A DNA stretch of 28,234 nucleotides from a virus (IMGVR_UViG_3300020044_006063:1-28234); one strand, 5' to 3'; shown: positions 6,835-16,976, counted from the stretch's first letter. The notes: a model not told the origin generated them from the sequence alone. Made by a program: numbers and translations.

Positions 6835-7339
6835 TAAAAGAGATATTAAAGGTAGATTTGTTTCAACAGAGATGATACTTGAAATCACTAAAGATGGTAA
6901 AGTTTTAGAAAATGGTATTGAAAGAAAATTACATTCAAGAAAGGCTGATGGATATATTATGACCTCAATTAACAATAAGTTAAAATATGTTCATAGATTA
7001 GTGGCTGAAAAATATTTGCCAAACCCACACAACTTGTCTGTAATCAACCATAAAGATGGAAACACATCTAACAACCATGTTGATAATTTGGAGTGGACTA
7101 CGAAAAGAAAAAATTGTGAACATGCAAGATTAAACGGATTAAGTGAAACAAAATCACAGGGTATAATTGATTTAACTTATGAACAATATATTGAAATGCA
7201 TAAATTAAGAGAATCAGGACTATCTTACAGAAATATAAGTAATACTATGAATTTAGAATATAGAAGGGTATATGATACCTTAAACGGAAAAAGATATAAG
7301 GATTATAAATCAAGAAAGGAGATGGGCGAACTTGTGTAA
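6827..7339 (+). CDS. HNH homing endonuclease with C-terminal HTH
   Basis: VHRLVA..YLPNP...INHKDGN.SNNHVDNLEW..K.N..HA. Confidence 0.9.
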   Translation: MANKRDIKGRFVSTEMILEITKDGKVLENGIERKLHSRKADGYIMTSINNKLKYVHRLVAEKYLPNPHNLSVINHKDGNTSNNHVDNLEWTTKRKNCEHARLNGLSETKSQGIIDLTYEQYIEMHKLRESGLSYRNISNTMNLEYRRVYDTLNGKRYKDYKSRKEMGELV

Positions 7340-7595
7340 TTGTCGTGGTGGAAAAAAAGTTGTCCACAATAATCTTGATAGCCCTGATAATATTCAGAAT
7401 GCTAAACAAGTCGTAGAAACGATTATAAATGTAAAAACAATAGAAGAGTTCACTGATTTGGATATCGTTGAAATTATGAACACTTACTACAGTTTATACC
7501 CCGCATCAAGTATCAAACCATCAGTGGAGGATGCTATAAATCAAATTAAAATAGGAATTGAGATATATGGAACAAAATATACAAGGAGAAGATAA
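7332..7595 (+). CDS. Hypothetical protein with N-terminal CNC motif (TTG start)
   Basis: Only available in-frame start is TTG overlapping the HNH stop by 8 nt; fills the gap before terS. Confidence 0.6.
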   Translation: MCNCRGGKKVVHNNLDSPDNIQNAKQVVETIINVKTIEEFTDLDIVEIMNTYYSLYPASSIKPSVEDAINQIKIGIEIYGTKYTRRR

Positions 7596-8034
7596 TATTC
7601 CAAAGAGAGGCAAAGGTAGACCCAGACTTGAGGAGACAATGAAACCAGAGTGGTATAACATCATTATTGATGCTGGTACTGAAGGTAAACATATTACAGA
7701 AGTGCTAAATATATTGGGCATATCATGGAACGGACATTATGCTTTATTAAAACGAAGCAAACAATATTCGCAAGCCTATAGTGAATTTCTTAAACTTGCT
7801 GAAAATTGGTGGTATATGAAGGCACATAATGCGATGATAGAAAACAATGGTTTTGGGTTTAATACTAAATTGTGGGAAACCATAATGAAGAATAGATTTA
7901 AGGATAATTGGAAAACAGAAAGACATATTGATGTTACAACACAGGGGGAAAAGATAGACAACTCAGTTAATCCGATACAGATTGAGATTATCAAAACAAA
8001 AATGGGACAAGATGGAACTGAAGGGAAACTATAA
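7567..8034 (+). CDS. terS: Terminase small subunit (probable; start revised to ATG 7567)
   Basis: GRP basic motif, HTH-like segment, FN..LW...MKNRF..W, IDVTTQGEKI tail; upstream of terL. Confidence 0.7.
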   Translation: MEQNIQGEDNIPKRGKGRPRLEETMKPEWYNIIIDAGTEGKHITEVLNILGISWNGHYALLKRSKQYSQAYSEFLKLAENWWYMKAHNAMIENNGFGFNTKLWETIMKNRFKDNWKTERHIDVTTQGEKIDNSVNPIQIEIIKTKMGQDGTEGKL

Positions 8035-8479
8035 TTTACCAAAGAAAGGAGCATTGCTCAAGGTAAATAACAAGTACAAGAATATTAACTTTTCATCTGA
8101 AACGATTGATAAGGTTAATTTCAAGTCAATGATATTAACGATGAACGGATGGTTTACAGTAGATGTGGACTATAAACCCCAAAGGAAAGTGGAAAAGTTG
8201 TTACAACAGATTAAGAACACAATTAAACTGAATATGAACAAACACTACTTTAACGGGATGATAATTGATGTACCACAGATACCTGAAACATTTGAGGAAC
8301 AAAGGACTGGTTATGTAACCTTTGAGTATACCCTATTTGTAAACAAGGGGATTAAGTTTAACAAGAAGGAAATGACTATGGTGATGAATGAACTGATTAA
8401 AACAATCTACAATGATTACTTCAAGGAACCAGTAGATTTTGATGTGTATAAAAACAGAGATGATTTTAGAAAAAGATGA
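8012..8479 (+). CDS. Hypothetical protein (start revised to ATG 8012)
   Basis: ORF tiles between terS and MTase; ATGA overlap with MTase. Confidence 0.7.
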   Translation: MELKGNYNLPKKGALLKVNNKYKNINFSSETIDKVNFKSMILTMNGWFTVDVDYKPQRKVEKLLQQIKNTIKLNMNKHYFNGMIIDVPQIPETFEEQRTGYVTFEYTLFVNKGIKFNKKEMTMVMNELIKTIYNDYFKEPVDFDVYKNRDDFRKR

Positions 8480-9477
8480 GAATACTACAAGGTGATTGTT
8501 TTGAGTTGATTAAGGACTTACCAGACAATAGTGTGGATTTGGTTATAACCAGTCCCCCATATGCCGATATTGTTAATTATGGTAAAAACATATCAATCAA
8601 AAAACCAAATGAGTATTGTGATTGGTTATTACCCCTATTCAACGAAATACACAGGGTATTAAAACCAAGTGGTAGTTTCATATTAAACATTAACGATAAT
8701 TGTTCCAATGGGTTAAGAAACCCCTTTATATTTGAGTTAATTTATCGTAGTCAAAAGGAAACCAAGTTAAAGTTCTACGACACATACATTTGGCATAAGA
8801 TGAACGGAATACCAAATGGGAGTAAAAAGAGATTTAGAAATACAACAGAGTTTATATTCCACTTTGTTAAGAACCAAAAAGAGTTAAAGTTCTATATGGA
8901 TAGGGTATTACAAGAACAATCAAAAGCAACAAGCGATAGAAGAAAGTACCCTTGGCAGTTAAAAGCACATGGAACAATTACAGATGGTGAAAGGGGTAAT
9001 AAAACAGAATACAATGCTGAACGATTACCTGAAAAGGTTAGACCTGATAATGTATTCAGGTTTCCAACAGCAGCACTTGCTCGTGATAATACCATTAGAC
9101 ATCCCGCACCATATCACAAACAATTACCTGAGTATTTCATCAATTTATTAACAGATGAAGGTGATACTATCTTGGATGTATTCAGTGGAATAGGAACCAC
9201 TGGATTGGGTTGTAACAACAGAGAATACATTGGTATGGAACTCAATGAGAAATACGCAGAGTTCTCAAAGAAAAGATTGATGGGTGAGGAACTTGAAGAC
9301 TGGTTGGTATGCCAGTATGACTTGGATGATAACTTAATTGCTTGTTATAAGAACAGGATGGAAGCAGAGAAATCTACAGGTGTAAACAATATGGATATAA
9401 TGAGAACCTACAACAGAACCAAATTTGAGAGTAGGGGTGGATACAAATGGAAATTAGAAAAAAAGAAAAATGACTAA
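8476..9477 (+). CDS. Beta-class N4/N6 DNA methyltransferase (SPPY, probably m4C) with C-terminal NUMOD1-like domain
   Basis: GDC..L, VDLVITSPPY, HPAPY, ILDVFSGIGTT; tail VCQYDLDDNLI..Y....EAEK.TG...GGYKW. Confidence 0.9.
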   Translation: MRILQGDCFELIKDLPDNSVDLVITSPPYADIVNYGKNISIKKPNEYCDWLLPLFNEIHRVLKPSGSFILNINDNCSNGLRNPFIFELIYRSQKETKLKFYDTYIWHKMNGIPNGSKKRFRNTTEFIFHFVKNQKELKFYMDRVLQEQSKATSDRRKYPWQLKAHGTITDGERGNKTEYNAERLPEKVRPDNVFRFPTAALARDNTIRHPAPYHKQLPEYFINLLTDEGDTILDVFSGIGTTGLGCNNREYIGMELNEKYAEFSKKRLMGEELEDWLVCQYDLDDNLIACYKNRMEAEKSTGVNNMDIMRTYNRTKFESRGGYKWKLEKKKND

Positions 9478-10615
9478 AATCCAAACAACAAGAGTATTTG
9501 AGGACTTGATTACAACCGATAAAAGAATCTGTGTATTTCAAGGTAGTTCTCGTGCTTCTAAAACTTATAATATTCTTATTTATTGGGTTTATAAACTTTT
9601 ACAAGAAAATAATAAAACCCTGACAATTGTCAGAAAAACCTTACCAGCACTTAAAGGTTCAATCTTAAGGGATTTGAAAGAAATCTTGTTAATGTTTAAT
9701 GTTTTTGATGCAAACAAATGGCATTCAGTTGATGGTTATTTCCAACTTGGAACAAACATTATTGAGTGGATAAGTTGTGATGACGAATCTAAATTAAGGG
9801 GTAGAAAGAGGGATTATTTATTTATAAATGAAGCAACTGAAATTTCTGAAGAGGAATATACCCAGTTGATACTTCGTACATCAGATAGATGTATTATTGA
9901 CTTAAACCCATCATTATGGAACTCTTGGATATATGAATTGGAAGGACAGGAGGATGTATTTTACACGATAGTAACATACAAAGACAATCCATTTTTATCT
10001 GATGTACAAATCAATGAGATTGAAAAATTACAATACAAAGACCAAAACCTTTGGAGGGTGTTTGGACTTGGACAAAAAGGTGTTCCAACAAGAGTAGTAT
10101 TCAATCACCAACAAGTCATTGGTTCAATACCACCTGAGGCTAAACTACTTGGTTATGGAATTGACTATGGTTATCACGATGCTCAAACTCTGATTGGTGT
10201 GTATAACAATGGGGATAACATTTATGTTGATGAATTATTATATCTAAAAAGAACCACAATACCTGACTTTATCTACAAGATAAAAGATTTGGATATAAAC
10301 TTAAAAGATGATTTTATTGCCGATTCAGCAAATCCACAAGCAATTGAGGAAATGAAAAGAGCGGGTATCAATATAAAACCTGTAGCCAAGGGGACAATTC
10401 TACATGGTATTGATTTGATTAAAAGACACAACTTATTTGTAACCAGTACAAGTAATAACCTGTTGGATGAACTTAACCAATATGTATGGAAACAGGACAA
10501 GAACCTAAAAAACTTGGATGAACCTATTGATGACTTTAACCATTGTATTGACCCGATTAGATATGTTCTCCAAATGAAACTAAACAAACCAAAAACAAAA
10601 ATTACAGTAATATGA
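9470..10615 (+). CDS. terL: Terminase large subunit (PBSX-type)
   Basis: Walker A QGSSRASKT, LRG..RDYLFINEA, DLNPS, TYKDNPFL, GIDYG, ADSA, NHCIDPIRY. Confidence 0.95.
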   Translation: MTKIQTTRVFEDLITTDKRICVFQGSSRASKTYNILIYWVYKLLQENNKTLTIVRKTLPALKGSILRDLKEILLMFNVFDANKWHSVDGYFQLGTNIIEWISCDDESKLRGRKRDYLFINEATEISEEEYTQLILRTSDRCIIDLNPSLWNSWIYELEGQEDVFYTIVTYKDNPFLSDVQINEIEKLQYKDQNLWRVFGLGQKGVPTRVVFNHQQVIGSIPPEAKLLGYGIDYGYHDAQTLIGVYNNGDNIYVDELLYLKRTTIPDFIYKIKDLDINLKDDFIADSANPQAIEEMKRAGINIKPVAKGTILHGIDLIKRHNLFVTSTSNNLLDELNQYVWKQDKNLKNLDEPIDDFNHCIDPIRYVLQMKLNKPKTKITVI

Positions 10616-11304
10616 GTATAGAAATTCAATTAAACGACAGGGTTATTGAGGTAAAACCTGAAATAACAATAGAACAATTTCAACGAATACACAACAAAGA
10701 AGAATTGTATAAAACATCACCAGCAGATTTATTGGGGATGTTATTAAATGTGCCAGCCAATCAACTTAAAGATTTACCCTTAAATCAAATGGAATTTGTT
10801 CAGTCATATCTTTTATCACAAATGACGGAAAGTTCCCTTAAAGACGAATTGTATAATGTTTTTACACATAATGGGGTTGAGTATGGTTTGGAGAACGATT
10901 GGAGTAAACTTGCTTGGGGTGCTTGGATGGACATGGAGGTATTCTCATCTGAAGACATTGAGAATAGTATTCATCTGATTATGGCTATTTTATACAGACC
11001 TATTGTGGAAAAGAAAAACGGAAAGTATAAGATTGCACCATACAAGGCTGATGAGATTGAGGACAGAGCCTACGAGTTTAGACAACTACCAGTTAAGTAC
11101 TGGTTTGGGGCAAGCAGTTTTTTTTTTCTAACCGCAACAATATATACAAACAATATGAATCGTTCTTTGATGCAGACGAACAAACTGAACCAGATGATAA
11201 TGAAGGGGTATCAAGTCCTACCAAAATGGGTAAAAAAGAGGCTGCCTTTAGATACTATTTTAGTATCACACTCAACCTTGCAGGAGAAGACATTACAAAA
11301 ATAA
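10612..11304 (+). CDS. Tail assembly chaperone (zero-frame product)
   Basis: IMAILYRP..Y....E.R...F..LP.....GA..FFF pattern followed by a slippery site. Confidence 0.7.
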   Translation: MSIEIQLNDRVIEVKPEITIEQFQRIHNKEELYKTSPADLLGMLLNVPANQLKDLPLNQMEFVQSYLLSQMTESSLKDELYNVFTHNGVEYGLENDWSKLAWGAWMDMEVFSSEDIENSIHLIMAILYRPIVEKKNGKYKIAPYKADEIEDRAYEFRQLPVKYWFGASSFFFLTATIYTNNMNRSLMQTNKLNQMIMKGYQVLPKWVKKRLPLDTILVSHSTLQEKTLQK

Positions 11305-11420
11305 ACCAAATTGATGAACTACCATTATTACTTTGTCTCAATACGGCATCACTTATGAAAGAGCGTATGGAAAAACAAAGAGAAGAAATGAAAAAAATGG
11401 AGAAGCAGTTCAAGCAATAA
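10612..11420 (+). CDS. Tail assembly chaperone -1 frameshift product (~269 aa; includes ORF 11226..11420)
   Basis: The -1 frame is open from the T10 run to TAA 11420: ..FFSNRNNIYKQYESFFD..LAGEDITKINQIDELPLLLCLN.. Confidence 0.7.
11118..11127 (+). other. Slippery site T TTT TTT (T10)
   Basis: Ten consecutive T in XXXYYYZ register for the 10612 frame. Confidence 0.75.
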
Positions 11421-11438
11421 AAACACTATTTAATTATT

Positions 11439-11915
11439 ATGGAAGAATATGTTTCAATACATAAAATCGTATCACTTATAAAACAATACCAACAATCACA
11501 AGTAGGTATTGGGTTAAACTCATTTGGGTTTGGTAATATCGTTGAATTTGGTAATACAAACAACACTGGTATGACCCCAACATACCCATTTGTATTTGTA
11601 ACTCCACAGAACATTGCTTATGAGGAAAATATTGTAACCTACAATATGTCTTTAATCTTTGCTGATAGAATAAATGATGACTTATCAAATGAGGTTGATG
11701 TGGTTAGTGATATGGATATCCAAGCCAGAAGGTTCATGTCCTTTATCAAAAGGGGTATGAATCAGAACCCTGATTTGTATGAAAAAATGGATATTGTATT
11801 ACCAACAAATGGTATACCCTTTTTTGAGAGATTTAGCGATTTCGTAGGGGGTGTAGCACTTGATTGTGCTTTTGTGGTATTCACAGATATTAACGCATGT
11901 GATTATTACGGATAA
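11439..11915 (+). CDS. Putative tail terminator/completion protein
   Basis: 158 aa with YPFVFVTP..Y...LIFAD..PF.ERF.D.V.G pattern; position in tail module. Confidence 0.55.
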   Translation: MEEYVSIHKIVSLIKQYQQSQVGIGLNSFGFGNIVEFGNTNNTGMTPTYPFVFVTPQNIAYEENIVTYNMSLIFADRINDDLSNEVDVVSDMDIQARRFMSFIKRGMNQNPDLYEKMDIVLPTNGIPFFERFSDFVGGVALDCAFVVFTDINACDYYG

Positions 11916-12478
11916 TGATTGAACAAAAGATATTAAATGAGATTGCGTTGTTGTTGAAGGACTCAATGAAGAAACAATTGATGGTTCCAAGACCATCAAC
12001 AACTTATGGTAGTCCAGGAAAACCTGGTTTACCAAAACCAGTCTCAGGTAGATATCCAACACCAATATCAAGACCTTATGCATCGGGTAGATTATACAAA
12101 GAACTTGATGTAAAGTTTCAAGAAGATTCACAAACAGGAATACCTGAACTTATATTGGATATGCCCATTGAGGGTTTATTTGTTAGTGAGGGTAGAAGAC
12201 CTGGTAGATATCCACCTATGGGTCCTATTGATAGATGGGTGGTACAAAAACAATCAATAAAAGCCATCAGAGACGCTAAAGGTAGATTTATTCCAAGAAA
12301 GACATTAGTATATTTGATTAGAAGGTCTATTGGAAAGTATGGATATGGTGGAAATGACTTTATTATAAAAGGATTTGATGCCGTTCAGAAACAAATAGTT
12401 GATAAGTATGGAGATTATGTTGCTGGATTTATTCAGTTCCAATTAGACCAATTTACAGATAATATAAGACAACAATGA
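11915..12478 (+). CDS. Putative tail completion/neck protein (HK97 gp10-like)
   Basis: Basic protein with ASGRLY, EGRRPG..PP..I..W, I.RSI...G motifs. Confidence 0.5.
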   Translation: MIEQKILNEIALLLKDSMKKQLMVPRPSTTYGSPGKPGLPKPVSGRYPTPISRPYASGRLYKELDVKFQEDSQTGIPELILDMPIEGLFVSEGRRPGRYPPMGPIDRWVVQKQSIKAIRDAKGRFIPRKTLVYLIRRSIGKYGYGGNDFIIKGFDAVQKQIVDKYGDYVAGFIQFQLDQFTDNIRQQ

Positions 12479-13860
12479 GTATAGCAGTATTATACGAACC
12501 ACCAATATTTCAACCCGTATTAACTAATGGGTTGTTTTTTACAGTATCAGCCGATACAACCAATAACTACAGATTTAGATACACTTATGACTTGTATGTA
12601 AATGGTGTGAATGTATTTCAGGGTAAAGCAACACCAAACCCTTATGGACTTGGGGTTATTGATGTATCAAGAGTTTTGATGACTTATTGTTCCAATATGC
12701 CAATATCTGTTTGGAACACAACAGACATTTATACACACCAAACATTTCCATTTTCAAGACCCTATAGTGATGAAACAATCAATTATCAAGTTAAGTTTGG
12801 TTATGAGTATTCATCAACAGAATTGGGTTCTGTAACTGGTTTTACAGGTTCAGGTAATACACAAGGTGAACCAGGAGTTCCATCTACCCTATTAAAGACA
12901 TTTCAGTCTACAATGGGGGTCAATGGTAGAGCAACACAACAGAACTTTGATATTGACCCATTTGTGTTATCAGGAACACCAACAACATCAAACCCAACAA
13001 CATCAGGTTTATTCCTAACCAACTCACCAAGAACTCGTGATTTGGAAAATGAGGACTATTACACACTTGCCTTTACCAATTACTACTTGGATGGTTCAAC
13101 AATATCAGAACCATATTATGTAAAATACAATTTTTACGATGATGAAGGTATTTTGTTAACAGGTGTTACTGTGGATAACATTTTATCCAATGGTGGTGGT
13201 CCAAGAGCAAATTGTAATGATGTTTATCCAGCATTACCATATATTATCCCATCAGGTAATACAAATTACAACACTTTATATGTTGGAGCAGGTCCAAGAA
13301 ACTTGGTAGATATCATGCCACCAAACACGGCACAATATACAGTTCAGTTATTTGGTAAATTCACTGGTTCAACATCACCAATACAACCAACCCCAACACC
13401 GACACCAACTCCATCAGCAACACCACAAAGTTGTCCTTGTTTGACTTATTCAGTGTTTAACCCATCATTAGAATCACAAGGGGTGTTATATTATTCAGAT
13501 TGTAGTAATATTTCAAGAACACTTGTTGTTGACCCACAAGAAGAATTCTTTGTTTGTGTTTGTAATACAACATCTTGGACTGTTGAAGGTCCATTGATTA
13601 TGACTTACGATAGTCCTTGTGATATACCAAGTCCGACACCTACTCCAACTCCATCAGCAACTCCATGTTCTTGTGGTGAGTACGAAGTAGATACAACCAA
13701 CTCTGAAATTGAAAACCCTGTATTGTTCTATACTTTCTGTGATGGAACTGAGATAGTTTATACTATGAACACAGGACAAATATACCTACTTTGTGGATGT
13801 GTAGGAACATTTAGTTGTTCTGACCCTGGTGTGGTAATAACCTACGCAGGAACTTGTTAA
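12475..13860 (+). CDS. Tail-associated structural protein with Pro/Thr linkers and two Cys-rich C-terminal modules
   Basis: Beta-rich N-terminal part (FRYTYDLY, FLTNSP), PTPT linkers, repeated C.C..Y.V.N...Y..C....C.C module. Confidence 0.6.
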   Translation: MSIAVLYEPPIFQPVLTNGLFFTVSADTTNNYRFRYTYDLYVNGVNVFQGKATPNPYGLGVIDVSRVLMTYCSNMPISVWNTTDIYTHQTFPFSRPYSDETINYQVKFGYEYSSTELGSVTGFTGSGNTQGEPGVPSTLLKTFQSTMGVNGRATQQNFDIDPFVLSGTPTTSNPTTSGLFLTNSPRTRDLENEDYYTLAFTNYYLDGSTISEPYYVKYNFYDDEGILLTGVTVDNILSNGGGPRANCNDVYPALPYIIPSGNTNYNTLYVGAGPRNLVDIMPPNTAQYTVQLFGKFTGSTSPIQPTPTPTPTPSATPQSCPCLTYSVFNPSLESQGVLYYSDCSNISRTLVVDPQEEFFVCVCNTTSWTVEGPLIMTYDSPCDIPSPTPTPTPSATPCSCGEYEVDTTNSEIENPVLFYTFCDGTEIVYTMNTGQIYLLCGCVGTFSCSDPGVVITYAGTC

Positions 13861-13872
13861 AATTAAAATACT

Positions 13873-14403
13873 ATGATTACACCTCAACCAGTACCAACAA
13901 CATATTCTTTAGGAAATTGTTCAGGATATACACCTGTATCTGAAATCTTTACAGTCAATGTGGGTCCAATCTGTAATAGGAGTGGAAACCCACAACTACA
14001 AATTATGTGGTTAAACAGATACGGACATTACGACTATTACAGATTTACAGCAGGTAAAACTGAAGGTTTGGATATTACAAGACAAACTTACAAAACTTGG
14101 AATGTAGATTGGGGTTCATCAAACCCTTCAATGGCTCAATATTCTCGTGGAACAACTGATTACCAAGTCAATATGACTGAAACTCATGTTATCAACACAG
14201 GGTTTATTAACCAACCTGATTTTATGTTCTTAGAAGAATTGTGGACATCAAATGAAGTATATGAAATACCAAGTGATGGTGGTTTAAGACCAATAAATGT
14301 TGTAAATGTTGATTTCATTAGAAAGAATAAAGGTAATAGAGATATTACAAATCTTGAATTGACTTACATTTACTCAAACAATATTACATTGATTAGTAAA
14401 TAA
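13873..14403 (+). CDS. Tail-associated structural protein
   Basis: WLNRYGHYDYYRF..NTGFI..LEELWTS.EVY pattern; coupled to next gene (TAATG). Confidence 0.6.
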   Translation: MITPQPVPTTYSLGNCSGYTPVSEIFTVNVGPICNRSGNPQLQIMWLNRYGHYDYYRFTAGKTEGLDITRQTYKTWNVDWGSSNPSMAQYSRGTTDYQVNMTETHVINTGFINQPDFMFLEELWTSNEVYEIPSDGGLRPINVVNVDFIRKNKGNRDITNLELTYIYSNNITLISK

Positions 14404-16976
14404 TGGATACCTCCTTAATAGTGTACCTTGATGGTATATGGAAAAGAATAGATTTGTATGAAGATATTCCAATTTCTGTTGTAATACAGGAGTTGGATAC
14501 TAATGCGTTAGATACAAGAAAATCACCATATTCAAAACAATTTTTTGTTCCAAACACCAGTAATAATGCTCGTGTGTTTGAACATTACTTTGAGGTAAAT
14601 GGTATTGAGTTTAACCCATTAACAAAAATTCAGTGTGTAGTTCAATATAGAGGAACTGATATATTCACTGGTTTGTTAAGATTATCGGCAGTGGTAAATA
14701 ACCCTGACTACACTGACTATGAGGTATTCATCATGGGACAGGTTGGTGATTTTGCTTCTGAGATAAGAAACTTAACATTACAAGATTTACAATGGGACGA
14801 CTTACAACATGAGTTATCTTATTCAGCAATCACACAATCTTGGGAAGCCAAGAACAATGATACAGATGGATTATTTGGTGGAAAAGTATTATACCCAATG
14901 ATTAACTATGGATTACCATATCAGGGTTCAACACCAGCATATACCTATACATTTGGTGAAACATATTCTTTTGACCAATCAATACATGCGGTACCTGAAT
15001 ATGTTTGGAAACCATCTATTAGATTAAAAGAGGTTATTGATAGAATATTTGCCCGAACAGGATATCAGGTTATCAGTGATTTTTTTGATACTGACTATTT
15101 CAAGTCAATGTATATGGATACTTTCCAAAATGGTAAACTTGGAGTTGATGTAGCATCTGCTGTTACAAACCAAAACATCTTCAAGACATACATGAGACCA
15201 TCTACAGTAATAACCTTTGGTACTGCGGGTGCAAGACCCCTTAATTTCCAAACATTTAGAGGTGATGGTTATGACCCATTGAATAACTTTAAGTTAGGTC
15301 CAGGTGTATCAAGTTCAATAGACCCACCAACACCTCCGTTTAACACAAATTACTTCAGAGTACCATTTGCAGGAAACTATTCTTGGAACTTTAGATTTAA
15401 CTATGATGATAACAATGTGTGTGGGGGTGATATTGATTTCCAAATATATGCAAGAAAAGGTAGTGATTTAGCAACATTAGATTCACAACCACCATTTGCT
15501 GTTAGTAATTTATATGACTTACCTACTTGTGGACAACAAGCATCGGTTAACTGGTTCTTCACAGGAAATTGTGGAACAGGTGAGTATGTTAGATTGTATG
15601 TTGATTTGAAGAATTCATCAACACCAGGAAATCAATTAAGATTTTTGCCTTATAATGAATACACTATCACAAGTCAAGCACCTATGTGGGATTTGTATAG
15701 GTCACCAACATTAGCAGGAACACAACTTGTTGATTTAAGATTAGGTTTACAACAGATAAATTGTATTGATTTCTTAAAGGCGATGATAACCATGTTCAAC
15801 TTGGTAGTAGTTCAAGATGAGGTATCACAATCAATCATTATAGAACCATTTAACTGGTATTACAATGAAGCAGATAGGGTTGAGAAGGACTGGACACAGA
15901 AACTTGACTTGAAATCATCTTATAGAATTGAACCATTGTCTTTTGACCTGAAAAAAGAGATTAACTTAACCTATACAAAAGGTTCAGAAGAATACTTAAA
16001 TAAGTTATTTGAAGATGCCAACAAATATCAATATGGAAGATACAAATATGTTTCAACAAATAATCTCCTATCAGGGGAAGAGAATTATGAAATACCATTT
16101 GCCGCAACACCTACAACAGTTGTTAATGGAGCAGACAATTTTATTATACCTGCTGTTTACAGGGAGTTGAATAATCAATTACAACCATACTCAAACAAAC
16201 CCCACATATTCTTTTGGACTGGTAATAGATATGCTTATAAAGACAAATTTAGACAGATTCAAGGTAGTTGGTATTTGAGTTCAGGAGCAACACCTGTAGA
16301 GATTACAACATACCCATGTGTATCACACTTAAGTTCATTGGATATACAGATACCTGATTTGGTGTCTGACTTAAACTTTGGTTCAACATTTGATTTCTTT
16401 GGAAATTACAATAACCTACCAGTTCAGTTTACTCAATACAACTTGTGGAACATATTTTGGGAAGATTATGTGGATAACAATTACTCCAATGAAACAAGAA
16501 GGTTGACTGGTAGATTTTTCTTAAAACCAATAGACATATATGAAACGAGTTTAACAGATAAAATATTCGTTAAAGATAGTTTCTACAGAATTGAGTTAAT
16601 CAATGAGGCTGATTTAACTAACTACAAACTCACTGAGTGTTCTCTAATCAAAGAACGAGGGGGTTATTATAAAGTTATACCACCAGCACCATATTATGCA
16701 ATCTCAGGGAATACACCATACCCTGGTATTTCAACAGCATACAATATTGGATGTTATACGGGTACAACAATATCTCCTGTTTGTGCTGGTTCAGCATCTA
16801 CAACTACTTTAATCACATTTGGTATTTCAGGACTTACAAATCTACAACAGGTATATTATGATACAGGATTTGAATATAGACCTGTAGATGTGGGTATTTA
16901 TCTGAGACAGACTGGTGATACTACAACTTATGTAGTTATAAATAATACAGGACAAGTCCTGGAACAAAATTGTTAA
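14403..16976 (+). CDS. Tail tip/hub-like protein, 857 aa
   Basis: IDLYEDIPI..YSKQF.VP.T.NN, YPMINYG, DFLK..ITMFNL, DWT.KLD motifs; directly upstream of tape measure. Confidence 0.65.
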   Translation: MDTSLIVYLDGIWKRIDLYEDIPISVVIQELDTNALDTRKSPYSKQFFVPNTSNNARVFEHYFEVNGIEFNPLTKIQCVVQYRGTDIFTGLLRLSAVVNNPDYTDYEVFIMGQVGDFASEIRNLTLQDLQWDDLQHELSYSAITQSWEAKNNDTDGLFGGKVLYPMINYGLPYQGSTPAYTYTFGETYSFDQSIHAVPEYVWKPSIRLKEVIDRIFARTGYQVISDFFDTDYFKSMYMDTFQNGKLGVDVASAVTNQNIFKTYMRPSTVITFGTAGARPLNFQTFRGDGYDPLNNFKLGPGVSSSIDPPTPPFNTNYFRVPFAGNYSWNFRFNYDDNNVCGGDIDFQIYARKGSDLATLDSQPPFAVSNLYDLPTCGQQASVNWFFTGNCGTGEYVRLYVDLKNSSTPGNQLRFLPYNEYTITSQAPMWDLYRSPTLAGTQLVDLRLGLQQINCIDFLKAMITMFNLVVVQDEVSQSIIIEPFNWYYNEADRVEKDWTQKLDLKSSYRIEPLSFDLKKEINLTYTKGSEEYLNKLFEDANKYQYGRYKYVSTNNLLSGEENYEIPFAATPTTVVNGADNFIIPAVYRELNNQLQPYSNKPHIFFWTGNRYAYKDKFRQIQGSWYLSSGATPVEITTYPCVSHLSSLDIQIPDLVSDLNFGSTFDFFGNYNNLPVQFTQYNLWNIFWEDYVDNNYSNETRRLTGRFFLKPIDIYETSLTDKIFVKDSFYRIELINEADLTNYKLTECSLIKERGGYYKVIPPAPYYAISGNTPYPGISTAYNIGCYTGTTISPVCAGSASTTTLITFGISGLTNLQQVYYDTGFEYRPVDVGIYLRQTGDTTTYVVINNTGQVLEQNC

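Noticed and set aside
8476-9477. Restriction-modification system formed by the MTase and an HNH gene
   Set aside because: The HNH genes are not adjacent and look like homing-type enzymes; an orphan MTase is simpler
9470-10615. Intein or intron in terL
   Set aside because: Compact 381-aa ORF with contiguous motifs and no splicing signatures
12270-12292. RDxKGRF motif shared between the 11915 gene and the HNH N-terminus (~6839)
   Set aside because: Very short basic motif common in phage proteins; too short to imply a relationship
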